A stretch of 40,169 nt of DNA from an uncultured Actinomycetes bacterium (GTDB lineage: Bacteria > Actinomycetota > Coriobacteriia > Coriobacteriales > RUG033). The translations under genes and the position numbers were made by a program. Under the pieces are notes generated by a model. The model searched no databases and was not told the DNA's origin. It saw nothing but the letters and a program-made list of their open reading frames with translations. Each line of letters begins with the position of its first letter. Within the stretch, counting starts at the first letter, position 1. The stretch lies in contig OMWF01000257.1 of NCBI GenBank assembly GCA_900314665.1, positions 1 to 40,169 of the forward strand. The letters are read 5' to 3'. Shown here in pieces: positions 19,868 to 29,411 of this stretch.

Positions 19868-20191
19868 GGGCGGCCGGCACCGGCGGCGGCTGCGCTCCGT
19901 CGTGCCGACGAGCGCCGAGACGCACTTGGGGCGGCCGGCGCGGGCGGCGTCCGCATGCTTTGGCAGCCGTGCTCTATGACAGCCGAGCGGCGGGCACCAG
20001 TACACGGAAAGCGGGCCCGGGGGCGGCACGTCTTGTACCAAACGGTGTATCATCTGCGAGAATAAACGGGGGTAGACAAGCGCGCGCAGGGGCGTATCGG
20101 GGTTCGCGCGTTTGCATCCGCGCAATGCCCACAGACGCTGTCTTTCGGATACGGATGGCCAACTGGGCCTGTTGTCGCTTTGAGGAGGGTC

Positions 20192-21871
20192 ATGGCACGC
20201 AAAAAGGACGATGCGTCCGAAGAGTTCAAGATGGGCGTGGGCGCAGGGAAGCGCGAACGCTCCAAGGCGGAGCAGAAGCGCGAGCGCAAGGCCGCCAATC
20301 GGGCTGCGGCGCGCGAGGCTGAGGAAAACGCCGACAAGGTCTCAGAACGCACCAGGGCGGATGCCGAGGAGCGGCAGAGCGAGCGTGAGCGCCTGGCAAG
20401 CAGAGGCGGCTCTTCCCGCGCCCATCGCCATGGGCATAAGTCGGTGCGAGACCGGCACAACATCACCCTGCTCGTCGTCTTGGCCTGCGTGGTGGCCTTT
20501 GCGGTCTTCATGTTTGTGCCGCCTGCCAAGACCATCACGCAGGGCCTTGACATCCAGGGCGGCCTCTCGGTCATCATGACCGCCTCGCACCCGGATGGCT
20601 CCGCCGTCACCAACGACGAGATGCAGGAGGCCATCTCCATCGTGGAGCGCCGCGTCAACTCGCTCGGCGCCTCAGAGGCCACAGTCCAGCAGGATGGCTC
20701 CAACTCGATTCTGGTGCAGATTCCCGGCGTGGAGGACTCGGACACCGCCTTGACGACTATCGGCCGCACCGGCACCCTTGAGTTCGTCGACCTGAACGAC
20801 ATCTCAGATGCCTCCGAGGTGCTCGCCATCATGCGGGGGCAGACCGGCCAGACGCTTGAGCCGGGAACTTACACCCCGTTCATGACCGGCGACTCCATCA
20901 CCAACGTCACCATCGGGCAGGAGTCGCGCGGATCCGCCTCCTACGCCGTCAACCTGACCCTCAACGGCGAGGGCACGCAGGCCTTCGCCGACGTCTCGAC
21001 CGCGCTCGTCTCGACCCACGGCCAGATCGCCATCGTGCTCGACGGCGTGGTTCAGAGCGCGCCGGCGGTGCAGAGCGCGATCACGGGCGGACAGGTGCAG
21101 ATCACGGGCAATTACACGCTCGAGGAGGCCAAGTCCCTGCAGACGGTGCTCGAATCCGGCGCCCTGCCGGTCACCCTGACCTTCTCCGAGGCGCGCACCG
21201 TGGGACCCACCCTCGGCCAGGAGTCTCTGAGCCAGGCCGTCATGGCGGCTCTGGTGGGCATGGCCATCGTAATCGTCTACCTGCTCTTCTTCTACGGCGG
21301 CCTGGGCATCCTGACCGCTGCGAACCTGATCGTCTTCGGCCTCATCTACCTCGGGCTTCTGGCGGTGCTCTCGCGGCTCGGGGTCTTTGCCCTCTCGCTT
21401 GCCGGCTTGGCGGGCATCGTGCTCACCATCGGCATGGCGGCGGACTCCTCGATCCTCGTCCTCGAGCGCTTCCGCGAGGAGATCCGCATGGGCAAGTCCA
21501 TCAAGTCGGCCTCCATCTCCGGCGTCCGCCACGGCATCGGCACCTCGATCGACGGCGACGTGGTCTCGCTCGTCTCGGGCATCGTGCTCTTCATCGTGGC
21601 CGTGGGCGCCGTCAAGGGCTTTGGCCTCACCCTGGTCCTCGGCATCCTGGTCGACATCCTGACCATGTTCATCTTCAAGGCGCCCATCATCCGCCTGTTG
21701 GCGCCCGGCCAGATCACCCGCCATCCGGGCTTCTGGGGGCTCTCCGCCGACGTGGCCGAGGGCGTGGCCCATGGGGCGGGCGACAACGACGAGTCCTCCT
21801 CCAAGCATCGCAGGAAGAAGCACGCTGCGTCGGACGGCGCAGCCGAGAAGGGAGGTGCCGACCGTGCGTAG
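20192..21871 (+). CDS. secD: Protein translocase subunit SecD
   Basis: GLDIQGG, RVNSLGASE, AIVLDG, SGALP, VGPTLG and LTIGMAADSSILVLERFREE motifs. ATG at 20192 after GAGGAGG. Confidence 0.96.
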   Translation: MARKKDDASEEFKMGVGAGKRERSKAEQKRERKAANRAAAREAEENADKVSERTRADAEERQSERERLASRGGSSRAHRHGHKSVRDRHNITLLVVLACVVAFAVFMFVPPAKTITQGLDIQGGLSVIMTASHPDGSAVTNDEMQEAISIVERRVNSLGASEATVQQDGSNSILVQIPGVEDSDTALTTIGRTGTLEFVDLNDISDASEVLAIMRGQTGQTLEPGTYTPFMTGDSITNVTIGQESRGSASYAVNLTLNGEGTQAFADVSTALVSTHGQIAIVLDGVVQSAPAVQSAITGGQVQITGNYTLEEAKSLQTVLESGALPVTLTFSEARTVGPTLGQESLSQAVMAALVGMAIVIVYLLFFYGGLGILTAANLIVFGLIYLGLLAVLSRLGVFALSLAGLAGIVLTIGMAADSSILVLERFREEIRMGKSIKSASISGVRHGIGTSIDGDVVSLVSGIVLFIVAVGAVKGFGLTLVLGILVDILTMFIFKAPIIRLLAPGQITRHPGFWGLSADVAEGVAHGAGDNDESSSKHRRKKHAASDGAAEKGGADRA

Positions 21872-22781
21872 GTTCATTACCAAGGACATCCCGTTCATGC
21901 GGGTTCGCAAGGTCTTCTACGCCATCTCGCTGGCCCTGGTCGTCATCTCCATCGTGGCCATCGGCGCCCGCGGGCTCAACCTGGGCATCGAGTTCCAGGG
22001 TGGAACTTCCATCGACTTCACCAGCGCCGAGGGCATCTCCACCGAGCAGATGCGGCAGGCCTTCGACGATGCCGGCGTGAGCAACGCCACCATTCAGACC
22101 ACCTCCACCAACGGGCAGAGCGGCTTTCTGGTGAGGACGAGCGAGACGGTCCCCGACACCGCCGCCGCCATCGCCAACCAGGTGGGCGCGCAGCTCGGCC
22201 TGCCCTCCGACTCCTACCAGGTCACCACCATCGGCCCCGAGTGGGGCAGCAACGTGATGCGGCAGTCGCTCATCGCCTTCATCATCTCCATCGCCGCCAT
22301 CATCGTGTACATCTCGATCCGCTTCGAGTACAAGATGTCCCTGACGGCCATCCTGGCGCTGTTCCACGACCTCATCATCATCGTCGGCATCTACGCCCTG
22401 ACCGGGCGGGAGATCACCCCCAACGTGATCGCCGCCCTGCTCACCATCCTCGGCTACTCGCTGTACGACACGGTGGTCGTGTTCCACCGAATCAATGAGA
22501 ACGCCAACCCCTCCATGAAGCACTCGTACTTCTGGACCGCCAATCACTCCATCAACGAGGTGTTCATCCGCACCATCAACACCACGCTGACCTCGCTCAT
22601 CCCGGTGCTGTGCATGCTCTTCTTTGGCGGGGCCACGCTCAAGGACTTTGCCTTCGCCATGGCCCTGGGCCTCATCTTCGGGTCCTACTCGTCGATCGGC
22701 GTCGCCTCCCCGCTGTTTGCCGCCTGGAAGACACGCGAGCCGGCCTACAAGCGCCTGGCCGCCAAGTACGGCGAGGCGTAG
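21864..22781 (+). CDS. secF: Protein translocase subunit SecF
   Basis: GIEFQGG, YISIRFE, ALFHD, LTILGYSLYDTVVVFHRI.EN, RTINT and GSYSSI motifs. GTG at 21864 after GGGAGGT overlaps the secD end. Confidence 0.96.
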   Translation: MRRFITKDIPFMRVRKVFYAISLALVVISIVAIGARGLNLGIEFQGGTSIDFTSAEGISTEQMRQAFDDAGVSNATIQTTSTNGQSGFLVRTSETVPDTAAAIANQVGAQLGLPSDSYQVTTIGPEWGSNVMRQSLIAFIISIAAIIVYISIRFEYKMSLTAILALFHDLIIIVGIYALTGREITPNVIAALLTILGYSLYDTVVVFHRINENANPSMKHSYFWTANHSINEVFIRTINTTLTSLIPVLCMLFFGGATLKDFAFAMALGLIFGSYSSIGVASPLFAAWKTREPAYKRLAAKYGEA

Positions 22782-22790
22782 GGGAGCGGC

Positions 22791-25700
22791 GTGAGCTTGG
22801 ACAGCTGCGAGCAACATAGAAGGTGGGAGCTCAGGCCCGCCGACGAGAACCGCGTCAGGCAGCTCCAGTCAGAACTGGGGCTGCCCCATTTGGTGGCCCG
22901 CACCCTGGTTGCTCGCGGCATCGACACGCCGGATGGCGCGCGGGTCTTCTTCGAGCCCTCGCTGGCGCGCGATTGGGCTGACCCGACGGTCATCCCCGGC
23001 CTGACGGACGTGGCAGACGCCGTCGAGGCTGCACTCGACGGAGGCCAGAAGATCGCCATCTTCGGTGACTTCGACGTGGACGGCGTGACCGCCACCGCGG
23101 TCCTGGCGCGCGCCCTCCGCTCGCTCGGTGCCGAGGTGGTGCCGTTCCTGCCGATGCGGGAGGGGGAGGGCTACGGCCTCTCGGTGGCCGCGCTCGAGCG
23201 GCTGCTCGCGCACGACCCCGACTTCATCGTCACCGTCGACAACGGCATCGCTGCCGCCGCGGAGGTGGCCTGGCTGCTTGACCGTGGCGTGAGGGTCGCC
23301 GTCACCGACCACCATGAGCCGGCAGACCTGGTGCCCGAGGGGGTCCCGGTCTGCGACCCCAAGCTCGCCGCCGAGGGTCCCTCCCGAGAGCTCGCCGGGG
23401 TGGGCGTGGCCCTCAAGCTCGTGTGCGAGCTTGGGCGCCGCCGCGGCCAGCCCGATCTCTGGCGCAGCCTCACCGACCTCGCCTCCCTCGGCACGGTGGC
23501 CGACCTGATGCCCTTCACCCCCGAGAACCGCTCCCTGGTGGCGGATGGGGTCGCGCGCATCAATGCGGCGCCCCGCCCGGGCATCGCCGCCCTGGCGGCT
23601 TTGGCGGGGGCGGACACCCGGGAGATGACCTCCGAGTCCCTGTCCTTCTCGCTCATCCCGCGCATCAATGCCGCGGGACGCATCGACGACCCCATGATCG
23701 CCCTCGATCTCCTGCTGACAGACGACCTCGACACCGTCAACCGGGCGGCGGCCCAGCTCGAGGAGATCAACACCCGGCGCCGTCAGATAGAGTCGGAGCT
23801 GTCCGAGCAGGCCACGGCCCAGGCCGAGCAGATCTATCACGGCGAGCGAGCGCTGGTGCTCGCCGGCGAGGGCTGGCATGAGGGGGTCAAAGGCATCGTC
23901 GCTTCCCGGCTGGTCAACACCTACAAGGTGCCCACCATCCTCTTCTCGATCCACGACGGCATCGCCCGCGGCTCGGGTCGCACCGTGGGGTCGATCAACC
24001 TCTTCCAGGCGGTGAGCGCCTGCTCCGACATCCTGGAGCGCTTTGGCGGACACGAGGCGGCGGTGGGGGTGACCGTCAAGGAGGAGAACCTCCCGGAGTT
24101 CACCCGCCGCTTCACGGCGGAGATGGACAAGCTTCCCGAGCGGGCCTTTGTCAACGTCCGAAAGGTCGACGCCCTGGTGAGCCTCTCCGAGCTCACCTTT
24201 GAGAACCTCGACAAGATCCGGCTGCTCCAGCCCTTTGGACAAGGGATGCGCGAGCCGCTCTTCGTAGCCCCCCACGTTTTCATGGACAACCGCGGCGTGG
24301 TCGGCAAGACCGGGGACCACCTGCGCTTCACCGCCACCGACGGTCTTTCGCGGGTGCCCGCCATCAGGTTTCGCTGTCCCCAGATTGACGAGTTCCTCGA
24401 ATGCGACTCGGCGGTCGACGTCGTCTTCGAGGGCCGGGCGGAGGAGTGGCACGGGCGCTGCCAGGCTAAGATGATCGTGCGCGACATCGAGCAGATACCA
24501 GGGGAGGAGGACCCTCAGGTCGATGACGGCACCGTCTCCGGCCGCCTGATGGCCCACGCAGATGAATACCTGGCCGCCGGTCCCTATGTCGGGATCGAGG
24601 AGGCCGTCTCGTTCCATACCAAGGTGGCTGGCGTCACCTTCGAGGGGCGCCAGGACCGCATCGCCGGGCTTGCCGCCGGCGACGAGCTGGCCCTGGTGCG
24701 CGAGCCGGACAACGTCCATGACCCGCACGCGGTCGCGGTCCTGTCATCAGCCGGGCAGGTGGGTTTTTTGAACCGGCGGCTCGCGGAGCGGCTGGCGCCC
24801 TTGATGGACGGAGGAGCCGCCTACGGCGCCTGGGTGACCGAGGTGACCGGCGGCATGTGCGTCAAGGACTCGGACGACCAGCCCGATGAGCTCGCCCGGC
24901 CCGCGGCCCTGGGGCTCAACATCGAGGTTCGGCGCGTCGGCGCTGCCGCGGCGGCAGAGGGCGGGCCTGGCCAAGAGGACGCATCGACGCGGCGCGCCCG
25001 CTGGGCGGCCCTTGCGGATGACGAGCTCGACGAGCGCCTCAAGGAGGCCCTCATCGGGTCTGCCGCCATGCATCAGGCCCAAGTCGACGCCCTGGCCAAT
25101 CTCAAGGCCGGCCGCTCGACCCTGGTGGTGATGGCCACCGGCCGCGGCAAGTCCCTCATCTTCCACCTGCACGCCGCCCGCACCGCCCTGCGTCAGGGAA
25201 AGGCCTCCGTCTTCGTCTACCCGCTGCGGGCCCTGGTCGCCGACCAGCTGGTTCATCTGAGCGACGTGCTTGCCCGCTTCGGCCTTGCCGCGCGGGTGCT
25301 CACCGGCGAGACGCCTCGGCAGGAGCGCGAGGAGGTCCTCGGCGCACTGGCTTCCGGGGACGTCCATGTGATTCTCACCACCCCCGAATACCTGGCCCTG
25401 CACGCCGGACAGCTGGGCCAGGCGGGGAGGATCGGCTTTCTCGCCGTCGACGAAGCCCATCACATCGGGCTCGCCAAGAGTGGCCACAGGAGCGCCTACC
25501 ACCAGCTGCCCCAAGTTCGCGAGCAGCTGGGGGAGCCGGTCTGCCTGGCGGCCACCGCCACCTGCCGCCCCGAGGACGCCCGCGCCATTGAGGAGACGCT
25601 CGACATCGGCGCCCGCGTCCTCGACCCCGCCATCCGCGAGAACCTGGGGATAGACGACCAGCGCGCCGACCGTCCCGGCAAGGTGCGCGACACTTACCTG

Positions 25701-26528
25701 GCCTCCGTCGCCGCATCCGGCGAGAAGCTCATCGCCTATACCAGCTCGCGCAACGGCACGGTCCGGCTGGCGCGCATGCTGCGCAAGCGGCTGCCGCAGC
25801 TTGCCGGCCGGATCGCCTACTACCATGGCGGTCTGCCGCGGGCTGAGCGCCTGGCGGTGGAGGAGGCCTTCCGTACCGGCGAGGTCGCCTGCCTGGTCGC
25901 CACCAGCGCCTTTGGCGAGGGGGTCAACATCCCCGACATCCGCCACGTGGTGCTCTACCACCTGCCCTTCAATGACGTCGAGTTCAACCAGATGTCGGGG
26001 CGTGCCGGGCGCGACGGCCGGCCCGCCACCGTCCACCTGCTCTACTCCCGCCCCGACCAGCGCATCAACGAGCAGATACTGGGGTCGGAGGCGCCTTCGC
26101 GCACCGACCTGGCGGTGCTCTACCGGGCGTTGCACCGTCTGGCCCAGCAGGGCGCCCTGGCCACCGTTGAGGGGGCGGAGCCGCCAGCTGGGACGGACGC
26201 CGTGCTCGTCGAGCGCCCCGCCGTGACCCGCGCCCAGCTGGTCGAGGAGTGCCTGAGGGACGACGTCCGCTGCGGACTCGACGAAGACGGCGTCTCCACC
26301 GGGCTGGCGGTCTTCTCGGAGCTTGGATTCGTGAGGCTCACCGGCAAGGGGTCGGGGCGGCGGATCTGCTACGTGGAGCACCCGCTCCATGCCGACCTGG
26401 CGACATCGACGCGCTACCGCGAGGGCCAGGCCGAGCTGGAGGAGTTCTCGGCCTTCGCCACCTGGGCGCTCGGAGCTCCGGCGGAGGAGGTGCTCGCCCG
26501 CATCAACCGGGCCATCCTGCCCGCGTAG
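22791..26528 (+). CDS. recJ: RecJ ssDNA exonuclease fused to a HIRAN domain and a RecQ-like DEAH helicase
   Basis: RecJ motifs GDFDVDG, TVDNG, TDHH, GTVAD, PRINAAGR, GSGR and GGH. HIRAN-like block FHTKVAGVTFEGRQ...LVREPDN.HD..AV.V...VGFL. SF2 motifs ATGRGKS, YPLRAL, DEAH, TAT, YHGGL, ATSAFGEGVN and QMSGRAGRDG. One uninterrupted 1245-aa frame. Confidence 0.92.
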   Translation: MSLDSCEQHRRWELRPADENRVRQLQSELGLPHLVARTLVARGIDTPDGARVFFEPSLARDWADPTVIPGLTDVADAVEAALDGGQKIAIFGDFDVDGVTATAVLARALRSLGAEVVPFLPMREGEGYGLSVAALERLLAHDPDFIVTVDNGIAAAAEVAWLLDRGVRVAVTDHHEPADLVPEGVPVCDPKLAAEGPSRELAGVGVALKLVCELGRRRGQPDLWRSLTDLASLGTVADLMPFTPENRSLVADGVARINAAPRPGIAALAALAGADTREMTSESLSFSLIPRINAAGRIDDPMIALDLLLTDDLDTVNRAAAQLEEINTRRRQIESELSEQATAQAEQIYHGERALVLAGEGWHEGVKGIVASRLVNTYKVPTILFSIHDGIARGSGRTVGSINLFQAVSACSDILERFGGHEAAVGVTVKEENLPEFTRRFTAEMDKLPERAFVNVRKVDALVSLSELTFENLDKIRLLQPFGQGMREPLFVAPHVFMDNRGVVGKTGDHLRFTATDGLSRVPAIRFRCPQIDEFLECDSAVDVVFEGRAEEWHGRCQAKMIVRDIEQIPGEEDPQVDDGTVSGRLMAHADEYLAAGPYVGIEEAVSFHTKVAGVTFEGRQDRIAGLAAGDELALVREPDNVHDPHAVAVLSSAGQVGFLNRRLAERLAPLMDGGAAYGAWVTEVTGGMCVKDSDDQPDELARPAALGLNIEVRRVGAAAAAEGGPGQEDASTRRARWAALADDELDERLKEALIGSAAMHQAQVDALANLKAGRSTLVVMATGRGKSLIFHLHAARTALRQGKASVFVYPLRALVADQLVHLSDVLARFGLAARVLTGETPRQEREEVLGALASGDVHVILTTPEYLALHAGQLGQAGRIGFLAVDEAHHIGLAKSGHRSAYHQLPQVREQLGEPVCLAATATCRPEDARAIEETLDIGARVLDPAIRENLGIDDQRADRPGKVRDTYLASVAASGEKLIAYTSSRNGTVRLARMLRKRLPQLAGRIAYYHGGLPRAERLAVEEAFRTGEVACLVATSAFGEGVNIPDIRHVVLYHLPFNDVEFNQMSGRAGRDGRPATVHLLYSRPDQRINEQILGSEAPSRTDLAVLYRALHRLAQQGALATVEGAEPPAGTDAVLVERPAVTRAQLVEECLRDDVRCGLDEDGVSTGLAVFSELGFVRLTGKGSGRRICYVEHPLHADLATSTRYREGQAELEEFSAFATWALGAPAEEVLARINRAILPA

Positions 26529-26690
26529 CCGGCCCGATGGCGGGGGCGCGGCCGCTTTGCCCCGCGAGCTGCGATAAATGCTTTGGGACCCGACTTCTGC
26601 CGATGTCGGGCAGGCTGTAGACGTATACTTAACGTTCCGGATGCGCGCCGGTGAAGCGTTTGCGGCGAGTCGGTCCGAGAGGAGGCGCAC

Positions 26691-28955
26691 ATGGCAGACG
26701 GAGCCATCATTCCAGCCACCCAGCAGGGCATCAAGTCCTTGGACAACTTCGACAAGGTCATAGACCTGGTCTCGCGCTACCTCGACAAGAGCGACATCGA
26801 CCAGATCTGCCGCGCCTACGACTTTGCCTACGAGCGCCACAAGGGGCAACACCGAAAGAGCGGCGAGCCCTTTATCATCCATCCCGTCGAGGTGACGCTC
26901 ATCCTCGCGGACCTTAAGATGGATGCCGACACCCTCACCGCCGCCTTGCTCCATGACACGGTGGAGGACACCACGGCCACCCTGGACGAGGTGTCCGAGG
27001 CCTTCAACCCCACCGTGGCCGAGCTGGTCGACGGCGTGACCAAGATCAGCCGCCTTGAGATCGAGAGCTTGTCCGAGTCGCAGGCAAACAACATGCGCAA
27101 GATGCTGATCGCCATGTCAAAGGACATCCGCGTCATCGTGATCAAGCTGGCCGACCGCCTGCACAACATGCGGACGCTGATGGCCCTACGTGAAGACCGC
27201 CGCATCTTCAAGTCCCGCGAGACCATGGAGATCTACGCGCCGCTGGCCCACCGCCTGGGAATCAACTCGATCGCCTGGGAGCTTGAGGACCTGTCCTTCT
27301 TCTACCTCGAACCGGCCAAGTTCCAGCAGGTCTCCAAGATGGTGGCGGAGAGCCGTACCGCTCGCGAGGAGTACCTGGAGCGCGCCACCAAGCTGCTGCG
27401 CGAGGAGCTCGACCGGGTAGGCATCAAGGGCACCATCTCCGGGCGCCCCAAGCACCTCTACTCCATCTACAACAAGATGACCCAGAAGGGCAAGGCCTTC
27501 TCTGAGATCTATGACCTCATCGCCCTGCGCATCATCGTAGACACCGTCAAGGACTGCTACTCCGCCTTGGGCGCGGTGCACACCCTGTGGCATCCCATGC
27601 CGGGACGCTTCAAAGACTACATCGCGATGCCCAAGTTCAACATGTACCAGTCGCTGCACACCACGGTCATCGGACCTGACGGGCGCCCGCTCGAGATTCA
27701 GATCCGCACCGAGGAGATGCACCGTATGAACGAGTACGGCATCGCCGCGCACTGGCGCTACAAGGAGGGCGGCTCGAGCAGCGCCACCGACGAGAAGTTC
27801 GACCAGCAGCTCACCTGGCTGAGGCAGATGCTCGACTGGGAGCACGAGACCGACGACCCCAAGGAGTTCATGGACTCCCTGCGCATCGACCTCTTTGACT
27901 CGGAGGTCTTTGTCTTCACCCCCAAGGGCGAGGTCATCAGCCTGCGCAGCGGCTCCACTCCCATCGACTTCGCCTACGCCATCCACACCGAGGTGGGCAA
28001 CCACTGCGTCGGCGCTAAGGTCAACGGCAAGATTGTGCCCCTCGGCTACGAGCTGCAGATGGGCGACCGGGTGGAGATACTCACCCAGAACAGCTCCGTT
28101 CCCTCGCGCGACTGGCTCAACATCGTCAAGACGCCGCGGGCCCGGGCCAAGATCCGCTCGTACTTCTCCAAGGCGAGCCACGATGACGACGTGCTGCACG
28201 GCCGAGACCTCGTGGTGCGCGAGCTGCGCAAGCACGGCATCGGCTTCTCCTCGTCGACCGCCACCCGGGCGATGACCGACCTGGCAAGCGACCTGGGATT
28301 TCCCACCGAGGACGACCTCCTGGCCGCCGTGGGCACCAACAAGATCTCTCCGCGCCAGATCACCAACCGCCTCATCAAGCTCCTGGCCAAGGACGGGCAG
28401 GAGGCGGCCGAGGCCAAGATGCCGAGCTTCACCCTCAACACGCCGATGGAGACGCCGCGCCCCGCTCGGCGCAAGCGCTCGGGCACCGGCGTGGTGGTCA
28501 AGGGGCTGGACGACGCCTTGGTCCGCCTCTCGCACTGCTGCAATCCCATGCCCGGCGACGATATCGTGGGGTTCGTGACCCGCGGTCGCGGCGTGTCGGT
28601 GCACCGGGTCGACTGCCCCAACGCCAAGTCGCTGCTCGCCAACCCCGAGCGGATCATCAGCGTGGAATGGGACACGGGGTCGGCCACCACCTTCCAGGTG
28701 GAGATCGTGGTCGAGGCCACCGACCGGCTCTACCTGCTGCAGGATGTCATCACCGCGCTCTCCGGCAGCGGTGTGAACGTCCTCTCCAGCTCCACCACCA
28801 CCCATCGGGACGGGCTGGTAGAGATGCGCTTCCTCTTTGAGGTCTCGGCCACCGAGCGCCTGGAGAGCATCCTGCGCGACGTGCGCGCGGTGGAGGGGGT
28901 CTTCGACGCCCACCGGATGCTGCCCACCAAGAGCGGCAAGAACAGGCGCGCGTAA
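26691..28955 (+). CDS. rel: Bifunctional (p)ppGpp synthetase/hydrolase (long RSH)
   Basis: H.GQ.RKSGEP, LHDTVED (HD domain), KLADRLHNMRTL, GRPKH.YSI, YQSLHT and EIQIRT motifs, TGS domain (DFAYAIHT), CC.P.PGD and a C-terminal ACT domain. Confidence 0.97.
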   Translation: MADGAIIPATQQGIKSLDNFDKVIDLVSRYLDKSDIDQICRAYDFAYERHKGQHRKSGEPFIIHPVEVTLILADLKMDADTLTAALLHDTVEDTTATLDEVSEAFNPTVAELVDGVTKISRLEIESLSESQANNMRKMLIAMSKDIRVIVIKLADRLHNMRTLMALREDRRIFKSRETMEIYAPLAHRLGINSIAWELEDLSFFYLEPAKFQQVSKMVAESRTAREEYLERATKLLREELDRVGIKGTISGRPKHLYSIYNKMTQKGKAFSEIYDLIALRIIVDTVKDCYSALGAVHTLWHPMPGRFKDYIAMPKFNMYQSLHTTVIGPDGRPLEIQIRTEEMHRMNEYGIAAHWRYKEGGSSSATDEKFDQQLTWLRQMLDWEHETDDPKEFMDSLRIDLFDSEVFVFTPKGEVISLRSGSTPIDFAYAIHTEVGNHCVGAKVNGKIVPLGYELQMGDRVEILTQNSSVPSRDWLNIVKTPRARAKIRSYFSKASHDDDVLHGRDLVVRELRKHGIGFSSSTATRAMTDLASDLGFPTEDDLLAAVGTNKISPRQITNRLIKLLAKDGQEAAEAKMPSFTLNTPMETPRPARRKRSGTGVVVKGLDDALVRLSHCCNPMPGDDIVGFVTRGRGVSVHRVDCPNAKSLLANPERIISVEWDTGSATTFQVEIVVEATDRLYLLQDVITALSGSGVNVLSSSTTTHRDGLVEMRFLFEVSATERLESILRDVRAVEGVFDAHRMLPTKSGKNRRA

Positions 28956-29087
28956 GGGTCCGTGCCGGCCTGCCGCCCGATCCCTCCCGGGCATAGAGCT
29001 TCAACGGCCGCGCTCTTCAGCGGTCGGGTCGCCCCTGCGCGCGGATCGCTGCCTCTGAGCGTCCGGGCCTCGCGCGGCGCGGCGCCC

Positions 29088-29411
29088 GTGCCGCTGCCCC
29101 TCATCCAAGCGGTGACGGCCGAGACCTACGCCGCCCGCCTGGTGGGGCTCGTCCGCTGCCGCGAGCTGCCAATGGATCGGGCCCTGCTGTTTCCTCGCTG
29201 CAGGCGGGTGCACTGCGCAGGGATGCACATCCCCATCGACGTGGTGCTGCTTGACGGGTCGCTCGCCGTGCTGGCGGTGCGGACGGTCGAGCCGTGGCAT
29301 GCCGCGCCTGCGACGGCGGGCACCCGCCATGTGCTCGAGCTGGCGGCGGGGACGGCCGCATGCCTGCAGCCGGGGGACGCGCTGTCGCTTGGGCCGGCGG
29401 GGCGCATATGA
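29088..29411 (+). CDS. DUF192-family protein (start uncertain, 28962-29112)
   Basis: A.T...RL.GL...LLFPRC..VH..GM..PIDV..LD...VLEL.AG pattern. Stop overlaps the next start (ATGA at 29408-29411). No clear RBS. Confidence 0.7.
   Translation: MPLPLIQAVTAETYAARLVGLVRCRELPMDRALLFPRCRRVHCAGMHIPIDVVLLDGSLAVLAVRTVEPWHAAPATAGTRHVLELAAGTAACLQPGDALSLGPAGRI

Noticed and set aside
19976-20065. 29-codon ORF in the tgt-secD gap as yajC or a leader peptide
   Set aside because: No RBS, no hydrophobic segment and no resemblance to YajC.
24747-26954. 735-aa antisense ORF, and similar long ones at 22869-24728, 27186-28994, 34454-36634, 37483-39078, 2554-3981 and 31841-33166
   Set aside because: They lie opposite well-supported genes and have no recognisable motifs. 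They are the shadow ORFs expected from high-GC codon bias.
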